Notes under the pieces: generated by a model
Seen by the model: only the letters and a program-made list of their open reading frames with translations
Told to the model about the DNA's origin: nothing
The model's database searches: none
Program-made: the position numbers and the translations under genes
Shown: piece by piece, positions 55,292 through 63,032 of the stretch
Numbering within the stretch: position 1 is the first letter of the stretch
How the letters are laid out: each line of letters opens with the position of its first letter
From: a virus
Taxonomy: Duplodnaviria > Caudoviricetes
Virus record (IMG/VR): IMGVR_UViG_2706795974_000001
Span: 9,753-73,752 of that record
Length of the DNA stretch: 64,000 bases
Strand: one strand, 5' to 3'

Positions 55292-56847
55292 TGCAGGCCT
55301 CCCTTCGGCATGTTCTGTCGTACGGTCTCGAGGACCATCGCCTTTGTCTCTGGCTCAAGGTAGTCGAGCACACCCAACGAGTACGCGCGCTCGAAGCCGA
55401 ACCACGCTGTAGCTCGGGCTACCTTGATCTGGTTGCGAACACCCCAGGTCAGGGGCAGCTCGCCGTTGTCACTCTGCTCGCGAATGATCCGAGCAATCGC
55501 CATCATCGCGTCGAGCGTGCTGTCCTCGATGTCATAGTTGTCGAGTGCGCACCGTGCCCGAATGATCTCCCGCTCGACGTTCTCTGGTGGCATGTCCACG
55601 AAGATGTGCATGAGTCTCGAGCCGTCAGCATCGCCGATGACCTGCGTGCCAACGTTGCGGTGGTCCCAGGCAGGGTTCATCGCCATGCCGAGGAAGCAGA
55701 ACGGATGACGCTCGATGATCTCGCCTTCGTTGGCATCGTTCACGAGCTGCTTGGAGTTGTCCGTGAGCGGACGGATGAACTGCCACACTTCGTTCGGCCC
55801 GGTGTTCGGCTCATCGAGTACAACGATGTTCGGCTTCTTCCAGGCGGCCACAAGCCGCCCGTCCTTGAACACCGTCTCGTTGTTCTCGAAGTGCATCTTG
55901 CCAGCCAGGTCGTCCTTCTCTGTCTCGCCGGTGATCGAGATGCGCTCGAACGGAATCTGCATGAGCCATGCCATGTAGCGAAACAGCTCCGTCTTACCTG
56001 TGCCAGCTTTGCCATGCAGTGCCGGGGTCTCATCGAGGTGGAACCACAATGCCGACACTGTGAAGGCCAGGCCCATGTGATCCACGTAGGTCTCTGGGTG
56101 CTCGTCGCTACCAGTCTGCGGAATCTTGGCCTGCTCCACTGGGCTGAAGAACTCCCGCTTGAACACCGGGATGTACACTTCCTTGTCGCCCTGGGTCAGC
56201 TTGCGCCAAGCTCTGATACCTGCGGCGTCCTGCTTCTCAGTGACTGGCCGGTCAGTAGGATAGGTGCTCGGCTCGATCGAGTTGTCGATGATGTCCTTGT
56301 CCATCACCTGCGGCGCGTCGTGTGGAGTCAGGTACTTCGCCAGCCCCGGCTTGATGTGCAGCGAGTCGAGCAGCATCTGCCGGTGTGCATCGACGTCGGT
56401 GACCTCGGCTCGGGTAGCCTCGCCGCAGTTGCGTGCGATATGCGCCGCCTTGAGGTCGGGGATCAGCTTGCCGAACTTGGCACACGCGCCCATCGGAATG
56501 CCGATCTTGTCAGAGATGGACACCGGCGGGATGTAGAAGTAGCACGCCTTGCAGGTCTTGGCCAGAGCCGAGCGCTTCTTGGGCGAATCCGGCGCGCCGA
56601 CTCCGATGCTCAGTGCGATTACGAACTCATCGCTTGGCTTGTTGTGCGACGAGCAGTTGGCGCCGACTTCATCGCAACGCTCCCGAACTTCTTCGGGAGA
56701 CATGCGCGGTGTTGACAGCACGACCCCTCGCACACGGCAGGTTGCGATGTTGACAGGCTTGCCGTAGAGCTTGGTCTGCTGCGCAGTGTCCGCTGCCGAG
56801 ACTGCGTGGTGGCACGTCAGGCACGAGCGGCTACGGTAATCGGTCAT
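55288..56847 (-). CDS. MoxR/CobS/NorQ-like AAA+ ATPase with Cys-rich N-terminus
   Basis: Walker A GKAGTGKT, Walker B VVLDE, AMNP and DADGSRL. Confidence 0.9.
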   Translation of the reverse strand: MTDYRSRSCLTCHHAVSAADTAQQTKLYGKPVNIATCRVRGVVLSTPRMSPEEVRERCDEVGANCSSHNKPSDEFVIALSIGVGAPDSPKKRSALAKTCKACYFYIPPVSISDKIGIPMGACAKFGKLIPDLKAAHIARNCGEATRAEVTDVDAHRQMLLDSLHIKPGLAKYLTPHDAPQVMDKDIIDNSIEPSTYPTDRPVTEKQDAAGIRAWRKLTQGDKEVYIPVFKREFFSPVEQAKIPQTGSDEHPETYVDHMGLAFTVSALWFHLDETPALHGKAGTGKTELFRYMAWLMQIPFERISITGETEKDDLAGKMHFENNETVFKDGRLVAAWKKPNIVVLDEPNTGPNEVWQFIRPLTDNSKQLVNDANEGEIIERHPFCFLGMAMNPAWDHRNVGTQVIGDADGSRLMHIFVDMPPENVEREIIRARCALDNYDIEDSTLDAMMAIARIIREQSDNGELPLTWGVRNQIKVARATAWFGFERAYSLGVLDYLEPETKAMVLETVRQNMPKGGLQ

Positions 56848-56901
56848 AATGTGGTGCACTCCTTTTCGGTAGTGAAGATGTAGGTCAGGCTCACGATGGT
56901 G

Positions 56902-56931
56902 ATACTACCACACATTAACAGTGATTGTCAA
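56902..56931 (-). promoter_or_regulatory. SigA-type promoter of the AAA+/vWA operon
   Basis: TTGACA-N18-TAGTAT, preceded by TGTGG. Confidence 0.75.
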
Positions 56932-57569
56932 ATCCTTTCTTCCCGTCGCAATTGTTCCCAGTAGTTGCGACGCCTGGTGTGCAACGAGCACAGCGGAACG
57001 AGTCGGTGTGCAGCTACCTGCACCAGCTTACAGCCACGCTGGATGTCCTCGACTGGAACTAGCGAGGCTTCGTCTTCGGCGAATGACTGCGCAACCTCGT
57101 GCACACACTCGACGCAGCGCCGCTCGGGGTGCACCAGCGTGTAGCTGATCCGCTTTTCCGCTGCATAGGTTGGGTCTGGTAGGAGCTCGTAGCCAGTCAC
57201 GCCGGTCTCCCTCTCGAGCCGTGCGAGTATCCGCTGCACCCGACTGATCTTCACGTAGAAGTCCTGCCACAAGCCACCGTCCTCTGTGTTGGCAGCGACT
57301 GTGACTGGGAACACTGGCTCCCTGTCCTCGGTGTGCATCGAACTGTTGAAGATCGCCGCACACTCGGTGGTGTCCTCGTCGTTCCAGGTGTCACAGTAGA
57401 TCGACTGCAGCCAGTTGCGGTGGATAATGCTGAAGTCCCCTATGTTCAGCTCGGTGTGGGTTGGCTCGTCGGGCACGCCCTCCAGGATGATCTCCAGTCG
57501 TGGGGGCAGCAGCCACTCGCCAGACAGCGCTGGTTCGTAGACCTCGGCGGCCACGACACGGAGACTCAT
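56928..57569 (-). CDS. Hypothetical protein with C-terminal CxxC...CxxH
   Basis: ATGA-coupled start at 57569. Confidence 0.6.
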   Translation of the reverse strand: MSLRVVAAEVYEPALSGEWLLPPRLEIILEGVPDEPTHTELNIGDFSIIHRNWLQSIYCDTWNDEDTTECAAIFNSSMHTEDREPVFPVTVAANTEDGGLWQDFYVKISRVQRILARLERETGVTGYELLPDPTYAAEKRISYTLVHPERRCVECVHEVAQSFAEDEASLVPVEDIQRGCKLVQVAAHRLVPLCSLHTRRRNYWEQLRREERI

Positions 57570-57919
57570 CCGAGCTCCATCGCGCGGGCGATCTCGTCGA
57601 GCTTGGACTCGCGTGCGAGGTGGAACCAGATCACGTCCACTCGACTGTCGCTCGGCGAACACTCCTCCAGATCGTCCCAACTGAACCAGGTTTCGCTCAT
57701 GTCCGACTCCAGCACAATTGCACCCTCGTCGTCGGCTTCGATGACGACGGCAGGATGCTCGCCGTAGATCAGCACTCGGTCATGCTGCTCGGGTACGCCA
57801 GAGAAGTCCACGTTGATAGGAACGGTGCAGTGCTTGCCAGCGCGTGCGAAGCACGCCGGGCACTCGACGTTCATTGGTGTCAGGCTGGTGCCGTCGGGCA
57901 GGTTCAGTCTCTTCATCAT
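57566..57919 (-). CDS. Zinc-finger plus SH3-like small protein
   Basis: CPACFARAGKHC; DRVLIYG..AVVIE. Confidence 0.6.
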   Translation of the reverse strand: MMKRLNLPDGTSLTPMNVECPACFARAGKHCTVPINVDFSGVPEQHDRVLIYGEHPAVVIEADDEGAIVLESDMSETWFSWDDLEECSPSDSRVDVIWFHLARESKLDEIARAMELG

Positions 57920-58353
57920 TCTCCTTTGGAACAGGGGTCATCAATGCCCGGTGAGTACTGGCTGATCTTTGCGTTCGCCTCGCCGATGCTGTGCCAGGCG
58001 TTGTTCATCTGCTGCTGAAGTCCGTTCATCTCTCCTTGCAGTCGCTTGATTACGAAGGGGTCGTTGGTCAGGAGGTTAACCTGTAGCTCGTCAAGTACCT
58101 CCTTCATCCTCCCCTTAGTCTCCGATAGAACCGATTGACCTTCGATCAGTTCAGTCACATGCTTCATGTAGTACTTGCACTTGGGTCCGACCGGACGCGG
58201 CACCTCCTTCTCGACAACGTGAGTCACCTGTACTGGTACACTCACTGGTTCATTAGGTTCCTCGGGGGCAGGGGACGACGCACTCTCGGCAGTCCATATG
58301 GCTCCCACCATACAGGCTCCGAGAATGAACGCCGCCACCTTTTCTTTCTTCAT
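57916..58353 (-). CDS. Membrane-anchored or secreted coiled-coil protein
   Basis: MKKEKVAAFILGACMVGAIW N-terminal TM/signal. Confidence 0.65.
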   Translation of the reverse strand: MKKEKVAAFILGACMVGAIWTAESASSPAPEEPNEPVSVPVQVTHVVEKEVPRPVGPKCKYYMKHVTELIEGQSVLSETKGRMKEVLDELQVNLLTNDPFVIKRLQGEMNGLQQQMNNAWHSIGEANAKISQYSPGIDDPCSKGE

Positions 58354-59351
58354 CAGTCCTGCGAGGCGGCTCCCGGCACCCACGGTCCGCGAGTGTTCTC
58401 GATGTACTCGACGATGTCGTCACGGTGCTGGATGCACTCGCTGCCCAGTCGGTAGTAGCGACTGCGGTCATCGGTGAGTTCCCGTCCGCAGTTCACGCAC
58501 TCTTCGAAGCGCTCGCCGTAACGATCAGCGCAGCCTTCCTTGTCCATCATCACCTGCACCAACAGGTCAGCGACCACGCTGCCGTGCACGGAGTTCTTGC
58601 CGGTGACCTGTCCGCTCGGCCAGAACTTCTGCAGCGGAAGCCAGTTGTCCGACGACTTGTACTTGACGTCTCGGTACTTCTGCCCGGTGCCGTCGTTCGT
58701 CTTGAGCTCGGCCACCTTCAGGAACACCGTCTGCTTCCCGTCGTCGGCGGTGACTGCATACCTGCCGTTGGGGATCATCCGCAAGACGTTGATGTCGAGC
58801 TTGTCCTTGACCTTCTCCTCTTCCGGCGCGGGGGTCAGTGCGGTGGACAGATCACGCTGATCCTGCGGTACGTCTTCGAGCGCCTTGAGCTGGTCGATGA
58901 TCTGGCTGGCAGCGAGCATCGTCGGAATGCCACCCTCGACTCGTGCGAACTTCTCGTCACACATCTTGTTGATGAGCCAGCCCTGCTTGTCGGTTGCGAC
59001 TCGACGCGAGCGGCCGTCGCCTGGATTGTTGGGGCCTGCCTTCACCACACGCTGGGCCACCTTCCCGCCAGTGGTCGGGGACTTCACGGTCGCGCTGGAG
59101 CTGATGCCCAGCGCCTGTGCCCGTCGCTCGAGGTCGCCGAGTGTGGCGATTGTGGTGCTCAGGAAGGTGTTGTGCCTGGTCAGCTCGGTGGCTACCTCAG
59201 TCTTGAGCCTCGCGGCCTCGACCATGATGTCGTGCAACGCATCCGCGACGGATGGAGGCTGTGCCACCGTCGTGCTGGGCGCCGGGGAGGTGGTGGTCGG
59301 CGTGGTGTCGGTGGTGGTGTCGATGGCGGTCGGCGCGGTGGTGTCGGTCAT
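58353..59351 (-). CDS. DUF6011-domain protein with Thr-rich N-terminus
   Basis: CVNCGRELTDDRSRYYRLGSEC. Confidence 0.7.
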   Translation of the reverse strand: MTDTTAPTAIDTTTDTTPTTTSPAPSTTVAQPPSVADALHDIMVEAARLKTEVATELTRHNTFLSTTIATLGDLERRAQALGISSSATVKSPTTGGKVAQRVVKAGPNNPGDGRSRRVATDKQGWLINKMCDEKFARVEGGIPTMLAASQIIDQLKALEDVPQDQRDLSTALTPAPEEEKVKDKLDINVLRMIPNGRYAVTADDGKQTVFLKVAELKTNDGTGQKYRDVKYKSSDNWLPLQKFWPSGQVTGKNSVHGSVVADLLVQVMMDKEGCADRYGERFEECVNCGRELTDDRSRYYRLGSECIQHRDDIVEYIENTRGPWVPGAASQD

Positions 59352-59375
59352 CACGCACACTCCTTTCGGTAGTGG

Positions 59376-59507
59376 TTAGTCATCTTCTTCGAAGTCGTCG
59401 TCGTCTGGGGGGCAGCAGTCGTCACACAGGTACCGCTGGGCGCCTTCGCACCAGGACCACAGCGGGTCAATGAGTTCCCCACACTCGTCGCAGCGGGTAA
59501 CCCTCAT
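59376..59507 (-). CDS. Small zinc-finger protein with acidic tail (43 aa)
   Basis: MRVTRCDECG...LCDDC..DDDDFEEDD; ATGA coupling. Confidence 0.6.
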   Translation of the reverse strand: MRVTRCDECGELIDPLWSWCEGAQRYLCDDCCPPDDDDFEEDD

Positions 59508-59686
59508 GCGGTGCGCCGGATCGGCTGGTGCTGCTGGATCGGCTGGTGCTGCTGGAGCTGCGCGATGATGAACTGCGCGTGTGGGTAGGCGAAGGTCGGC
59601 ACCGCCTCGGTTCCGTACTCGGCGGCGTGACGAGGACGGCGCTTGGTGAGGTTGACCTTCTTGTTCTTCCACGAATTGATCTTCAT
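59504..59686 (-). CDS. Small basic protein with an 18-nt tandem duplication (QQHQPI x2)
   Basis: Extended RBS ACCGAAAGGGG; repeat at 59518-59553. Confidence 0.6.
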   Translation of the reverse strand: MKINSWKNKKVNLTKRRPRHAAEYGTEAVPTFAYPHAQFIIAQLQQHQPIQQHQPIRRTA

Positions 59687-59726
59687 GTGTGCTTCCCCTT
59701 TCGGTGGTGACTGGGACTAGGTTGAG

Positions 59727-59764
59727 AACAGCCCCTGCCACATCCCATGATGGCAGGGGCTGTT
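59727..59764. terminator. 14-bp hairpin
   Basis: AACAGCCCCTGCCA / TGGCAGGGGCTGTT. Confidence 0.6.
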
Positions 59765-59766
59765 AG

Positions 59767-59846
59767 TGGCCGGGTGAGAATCGAACTCACGCAGGTGTGG
59801 GTGCCCTGATCCTTCCACCCTTCGCTACGCGTCGGGCACTCGGCCG
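59767..59846 (-). ncRNA. tRNA-like element (intact T arm, partial acceptor stem, non-canonical D/anticodon region)
   Basis: GTGAG-TTCGATT-CTCAC then CCGGCCA, pairing with 5' GGCCG. Confidence 0.5.
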
Positions 59847-59848
59847 AA

Positions 59849-59881
59849 CCTACCGGGCAGGCTGGTCACCTGCCCGGTAGG
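59849..59881. terminator. 13-bp hairpin downstream of the 314-aa gene
   Basis: CCTACCGGGCAGG / CCTGCCCGGTAGG. Confidence 0.6.
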
Positions 59882-59887
59882 GTAGTG

Positions 59888-60832
59888 CTAGTTCTTCGTC
59901 GCTCCCTTGACACCAGCCGCATTGACTCCCGGCGTGATGCCCGGGATGTTGCAGCGGCTGGCGTCACCCTGGGGGAACAGTCGGGCCGACACAGCGCCCG
60001 AGCTGGGCGCGTCATCGCCGTACTCCTCCGAGCGGTGCTTCACGATCTCGGACACGGTCAGGAAGGTGCCCGGTGCGACCCCCTCGAAGGCGCTCGCGAT
60101 GTGGTTCCCCACGTTGCGACGGACTCCGGTGAAGGGTGCTCGGGTGCCACCGCTGGACCGGCGCGCGCCGACGCCCTTGCCCTGGAACACCTTCACAGCG
60201 GCCTGGGCGATGCCGGTCAGTTCCGGCTCGTCGCCACGGGTCTCCTCGTCGGCCTCCTTCCAGTCGAGCCACTCGTTCGCCTGGTTGAACGCGGCCTCGG
60301 TGCTCGGCACCTCGTAGCCCTCGGCTTCCTCGGGCACGCGGTTGGTCAGGAGCTCGGTCGCGAGTTCCAGGATAGCCACGCGCTCGCCGAAGGCCACCTT
60401 CGGGTCAACCTTCGGTGCCGACGCCTTCGGCGCGGCCTTCGTGGTGCGGAGCTTCTCCGACACCTCGTTGAACGAGACCGCCTTGATGTACTCACCGGCG
60501 GGCAGCGCGGCCTTCATGGACTCGTCCACGAAGTCCTTCGCGAGGTTCTTGTACTTGATGCCTCCGGTCACGTTCCGGTAGGCCTCGGCCACCTTCTCGA
60601 GCGCGACGGCGTCCACGGTGCCGGTGCTGGGGTCAGCCGCCTCGACGGCCTCGGTGACGACCTGCTTGAACGCCTCGACTGCGGGCAGGTGCTCGGCGTC
60701 GGCTGCGGCGACCTTGGCGGCCTTGTCGTCGGCGGTGTTCTCGGTCACATTGTCCTCCTGGTTGGTCTCGGTGGTGTCGAAGTCGGTGGTGTCGAAGTCG
60801 ACGTCGGTGTCGAAGATGTCGGTGCGTGCCAT
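59888..60832 (-). CDS. Probably abundant protein with C-terminal winged-helix domain
   Basis: Capsid-like codon bias; RBS AGGAGG; DTDVDFDTTDFD repeat; FLTVSEIV...PSSGAVSARL. Confidence 0.75.
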   Translation of the reverse strand: MARTDIFDTDVDFDTTDFDTTETNQEDNVTENTADDKAAKVAAADAEHLPAVEAFKQVVTEAVEAADPSTGTVDAVALEKVAEAYRNVTGGIKYKNLAKDFVDESMKAALPAGEYIKAVSFNEVSEKLRTTKAAPKASAPKVDPKVAFGERVAILELATELLTNRVPEEAEGYEVPSTEAAFNQANEWLDWKEADEETRGDEPELTGIAQAAVKVFQGKGVGARRSSGGTRAPFTGVRRNVGNHIASAFEGVAPGTFLTVSEIVKHRSEEYGDDAPSSGAVSARLFPQGDASRCNIPGITPGVNAAGVKGATKN

Positions 60833-60939
60833 GATTGTTACCTCCTGGTTTGGTGCCCGCCATGGTGGCTGGGCGGTTGAACTACGTCTACCCTACCTCG
60901 TTGTGTAGGGCAGTGTCTACTAATCCGGTACTACCACGG

Positions 60940-60955
60940 TGTGATCTACGTCACA
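60940..60955. promoter_or_regulatory. CRP/GlxR consensus site
   Basis: TGTGA-TCTACG-TCACA within CGGTGTGA..TCACACCG. Confidence 0.6.
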
Positions 60956-60961
60956 CCGTGC

Positions 60962-61042
60962 CTAATCCCGCCGTGCGAACGTTGCCCACACGATAGCCGC
61001 GATGACCAACACGACGAAAAGGTGCCCACCGTGGAAGATCAC
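60962..61042 (-). CDS. 26-aa single-TM peptide
   Basis: GTGA overlap; MIFHGGHLFVVLVIAAIVWATFARRD. Confidence 0.5.
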   Translation of the reverse strand: MIFHGGHLFVVLVIAAIVWATFARRD

Positions 61043-61197
61043 CTGATCACGTCCGAACGTGTCCAGCCAGTGGTCGCCGGTTCCACGCCGGACGCCATGA
61101 GGCGCTCGAGTTCCCGTTTTTCGCCGCGCCGGAGTCGGCGTCCTCGGTGGTCCTGGTTGGTCACGCGGGCGCTGTTGCGCTTGATCGTCTTGCTCAT
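61039..61197 (-). CDS. Small Arg-rich protein (52 aa)
   Basis: Extended RBS ACCGAAAGGG; MSKTIKRNSARV... Confidence 0.6.
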   Translation of the reverse strand: MSKTIKRNSARVTNQDHRGRRLRRGEKRELERLMASGVEPATTGWTRSDVIR

Positions 61198-61313
61198 TGT
61201 TGCAACCCTTTCGGTGTTGGTGCCGGTTGTGCTGAGTCGGATGACTCCCGCCTAAACGTAGGGCAGTGTTTCACGTGAAACACTGCCCTACGCGGCTGGT
61301 ACATCCGCTTTTA
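61198..61313. repeat. Intergenic cassette copy 1, with parS in a 36-bp palindrome
   Basis: TGTTTCACGTGAAACA at 61267-61282; palindrome 61257-61292. Confidence 0.85.
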
Positions 61314-61631
61314 GAACGCCTGCCGGTTGTTGACGTACTCGTGCGCCCAGCCGCTGTCATCGCGCGAGGTCCGAACCACGCCCTGGGCATCGAACCACAG
61401 CTCCATGTAGCTACAGCTGTAGTCGCACTCGTCGCGCTCGAGCTCGAGGACCACGCAACGGTTAACCTCGGCGAGCTCGTCGTCGTCCCAGTCCTCGCGT
61501 GCTCGACGCGGTACCCAACCGATTACGGTCAGCGCCTGCATAGCGTCGATCACGCGGCTTGTCTGTCGCTCGGTCCAGCACGCTGTGAACGCCTCGACGA
61601 CAACCTCGCGCTCTGCCACGATTGAAAACAT
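61311..61631 (-). CDS. Hypothetical protein
   Basis: Extended RBS ACCGGAAGGG. Confidence 0.65.
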   Translation of the reverse strand: MFSIVAEREVVVEAFTACWTERQTSRVIDAMQALTVIGWVPRRAREDWDDDELAEVNRCVVLELERDECDYSCSYMELWFDAQGVVRTSRDDSGWAHEYVNNRQAF

Positions 61632-61731
61632 GTTGCAACCCTTCCGGTGTTGGTTATGCGAGTCGGATGACTCCCGCGAACGCTCGATGTTTCACGTGAA
61701 ACATCGAGCGCCGCTGGTACACCCGCTTCTA
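61631..61731. repeat. Intergenic cassette copy 2, with parS in a 30-bp palindrome
   Basis: TGTTTCACGTGAAACA at 61688-61703; palindrome 61681-61710. Confidence 0.85.
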
Positions 61732-61733
61732 GA

Positions 61734-61922
61734 TCAGTTGTCGATCACGGTCACGTCGTTGATGTCTACCAGGTCATAGTCGCCTGTGTCCCACAGAACG
61801 TTAACGATGTTGTCGTGCGCGAAGCCGTCTGGATCAACGGCCGGATATTCGACTACGGTCCCCTGGATATGCGGCTCGTTCGTGAAGAAGACACGGGCAT
61901 TAGTGCGAACGGTTGCGTGCAT
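61734..61922 (-). CDS. Small SH3/KOW-like protein
   Basis: RVFF..EPHIQGTVVE...VNVLWD.G....V. Confidence 0.55.
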   Translation of the reverse strand: MHATVRTNARVFFTNEPHIQGTVVEYPAVDPDGFAHDNIVNVLWDTGDYDLVDINDVTVIDN

Positions 61923-61944
61923 TGTGCTAACCACTTTTCAGTTA

Positions 61945-62352
61945 CTACGCGGCGCGACGACGGGCAAGGCGTGCCTTGTTACGGGCACGACGACGGTCGG
62001 CGCGTTCACGCGCGATACGGGAATCGGACTTCTTCGGCGCGGGCCGAACGGGCCGGGTGCGGATCACAGGTGCGTTCTGGATGTCTTCGATCATCCTTTC
62101 ACGTTCGCGCTTCGCGTAGAAAGCGCGCGCCAGCTCGTCGGGATCGTTCGACACAATGGGGTCGCCGCCCAGGTGCCAGTTGTTCTTGTTAATGGCCTCG
62201 TTGTTGTTGGCGTCGATCTGGTTCAACTCGGCGCCGGTGTTGCCAAGGTTGGCTGATAGTGGGGTCGGACGTGTTGCGGTAACGGACTGGCGCGCTGTTA
62301 CCTTCACGTCGCGCAGAACGCCATAGCCGTGCCCGTTGATGTTGTGCTTCAT
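61945..62352 (-). CDS. Hypothetical protein with Arg-rich C-terminus
   Basis: Extended RBS ACCGAAAGGG; first gene below the non-coding region. Confidence 0.65.
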   Translation of the reverse strand: MKHNINGHGYGVLRDVKVTARQSVTATRPTPLSANLGNTGAELNQIDANNNEAINKNNWHLGGDPIVSNDPDELARAFYAKRERERMIEDIQNAPVIRTRPVRPAPKKSDSRIARERADRRRARNKARLARRRAA

Positions 62353-62954
62353 GGCAACCCTTTCGGTGTTGTTTTCGGTTTAATTGTTTCCGATAAACCG
62401 TTCAATTCTTTTTCGGAATTGAACGGTTTAGCGAAAACAATTAATTAAATGGATCTTAATTAATTGTTATTCGCCGGAATTGATAACCTGTCGGTTCGAT
62501 TAATCAATTCCAAGATTGATCAGGGTCGCATATCCGATATACAATCGGCACCTTTTCAATCGTTGCGCAATGTAACCCGTTCACGATTACTCGGACAAGT
62601 CTACGAGTAGTTGCCGCTATCTATGAAACACTGCGCCTAATGTGTTGCACCCTATCCGTGTGACCGCTGGCGCCCTACCGCAGCGCTGGTCATCCATCTT
62701 TTCGGAATCGGTATGCGCGGATGAACCTATCCGCGCACCTGTGCAATTGTCCTACTAGTACCGTCGTCGCGGGTAATGGGAACCATCCGCGCGCTAGGTA
62801 GTAGATAGGTTGTTGTTGCGCGCTAGCGACCTTCGTAGATGCGCGCGGCCTAGAGGCGGCTCAATCGCGCGGACCGCGATTGCGGTCCCGGTCGAACTAA
62901 CTAACAACTAACAACTACGAACCTAGCCGGGTGGTACTAGCTATGTCTAGCGGT

Positions 62955-62970
62955 TGTGATCGTTCTCACA
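62955..62970. promoter_or_regulatory. CRP/GlxR consensus site
   Basis: TGTGA-TCGTTC-TCACA, 5 bp upstream of TTGACT. Confidence 0.6.
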
Positions 62971-63032
62971 AACCATTGACTAGTGGTACTAGTTGTGGTA
63001 TCACGCGCCTCATGTGGTATAGAAAGGTGTGT

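Noticed and set aside
54976-56715. 579-aa plus-strand ORF
   Set aside because: Antisense shadow of the AAA+/vWA genes, with no motifs.
59767-59846. Canonical tRNA or attP site
   Set aside because: No 7-nt anticodon loop or D arm, and no integrase in the window.
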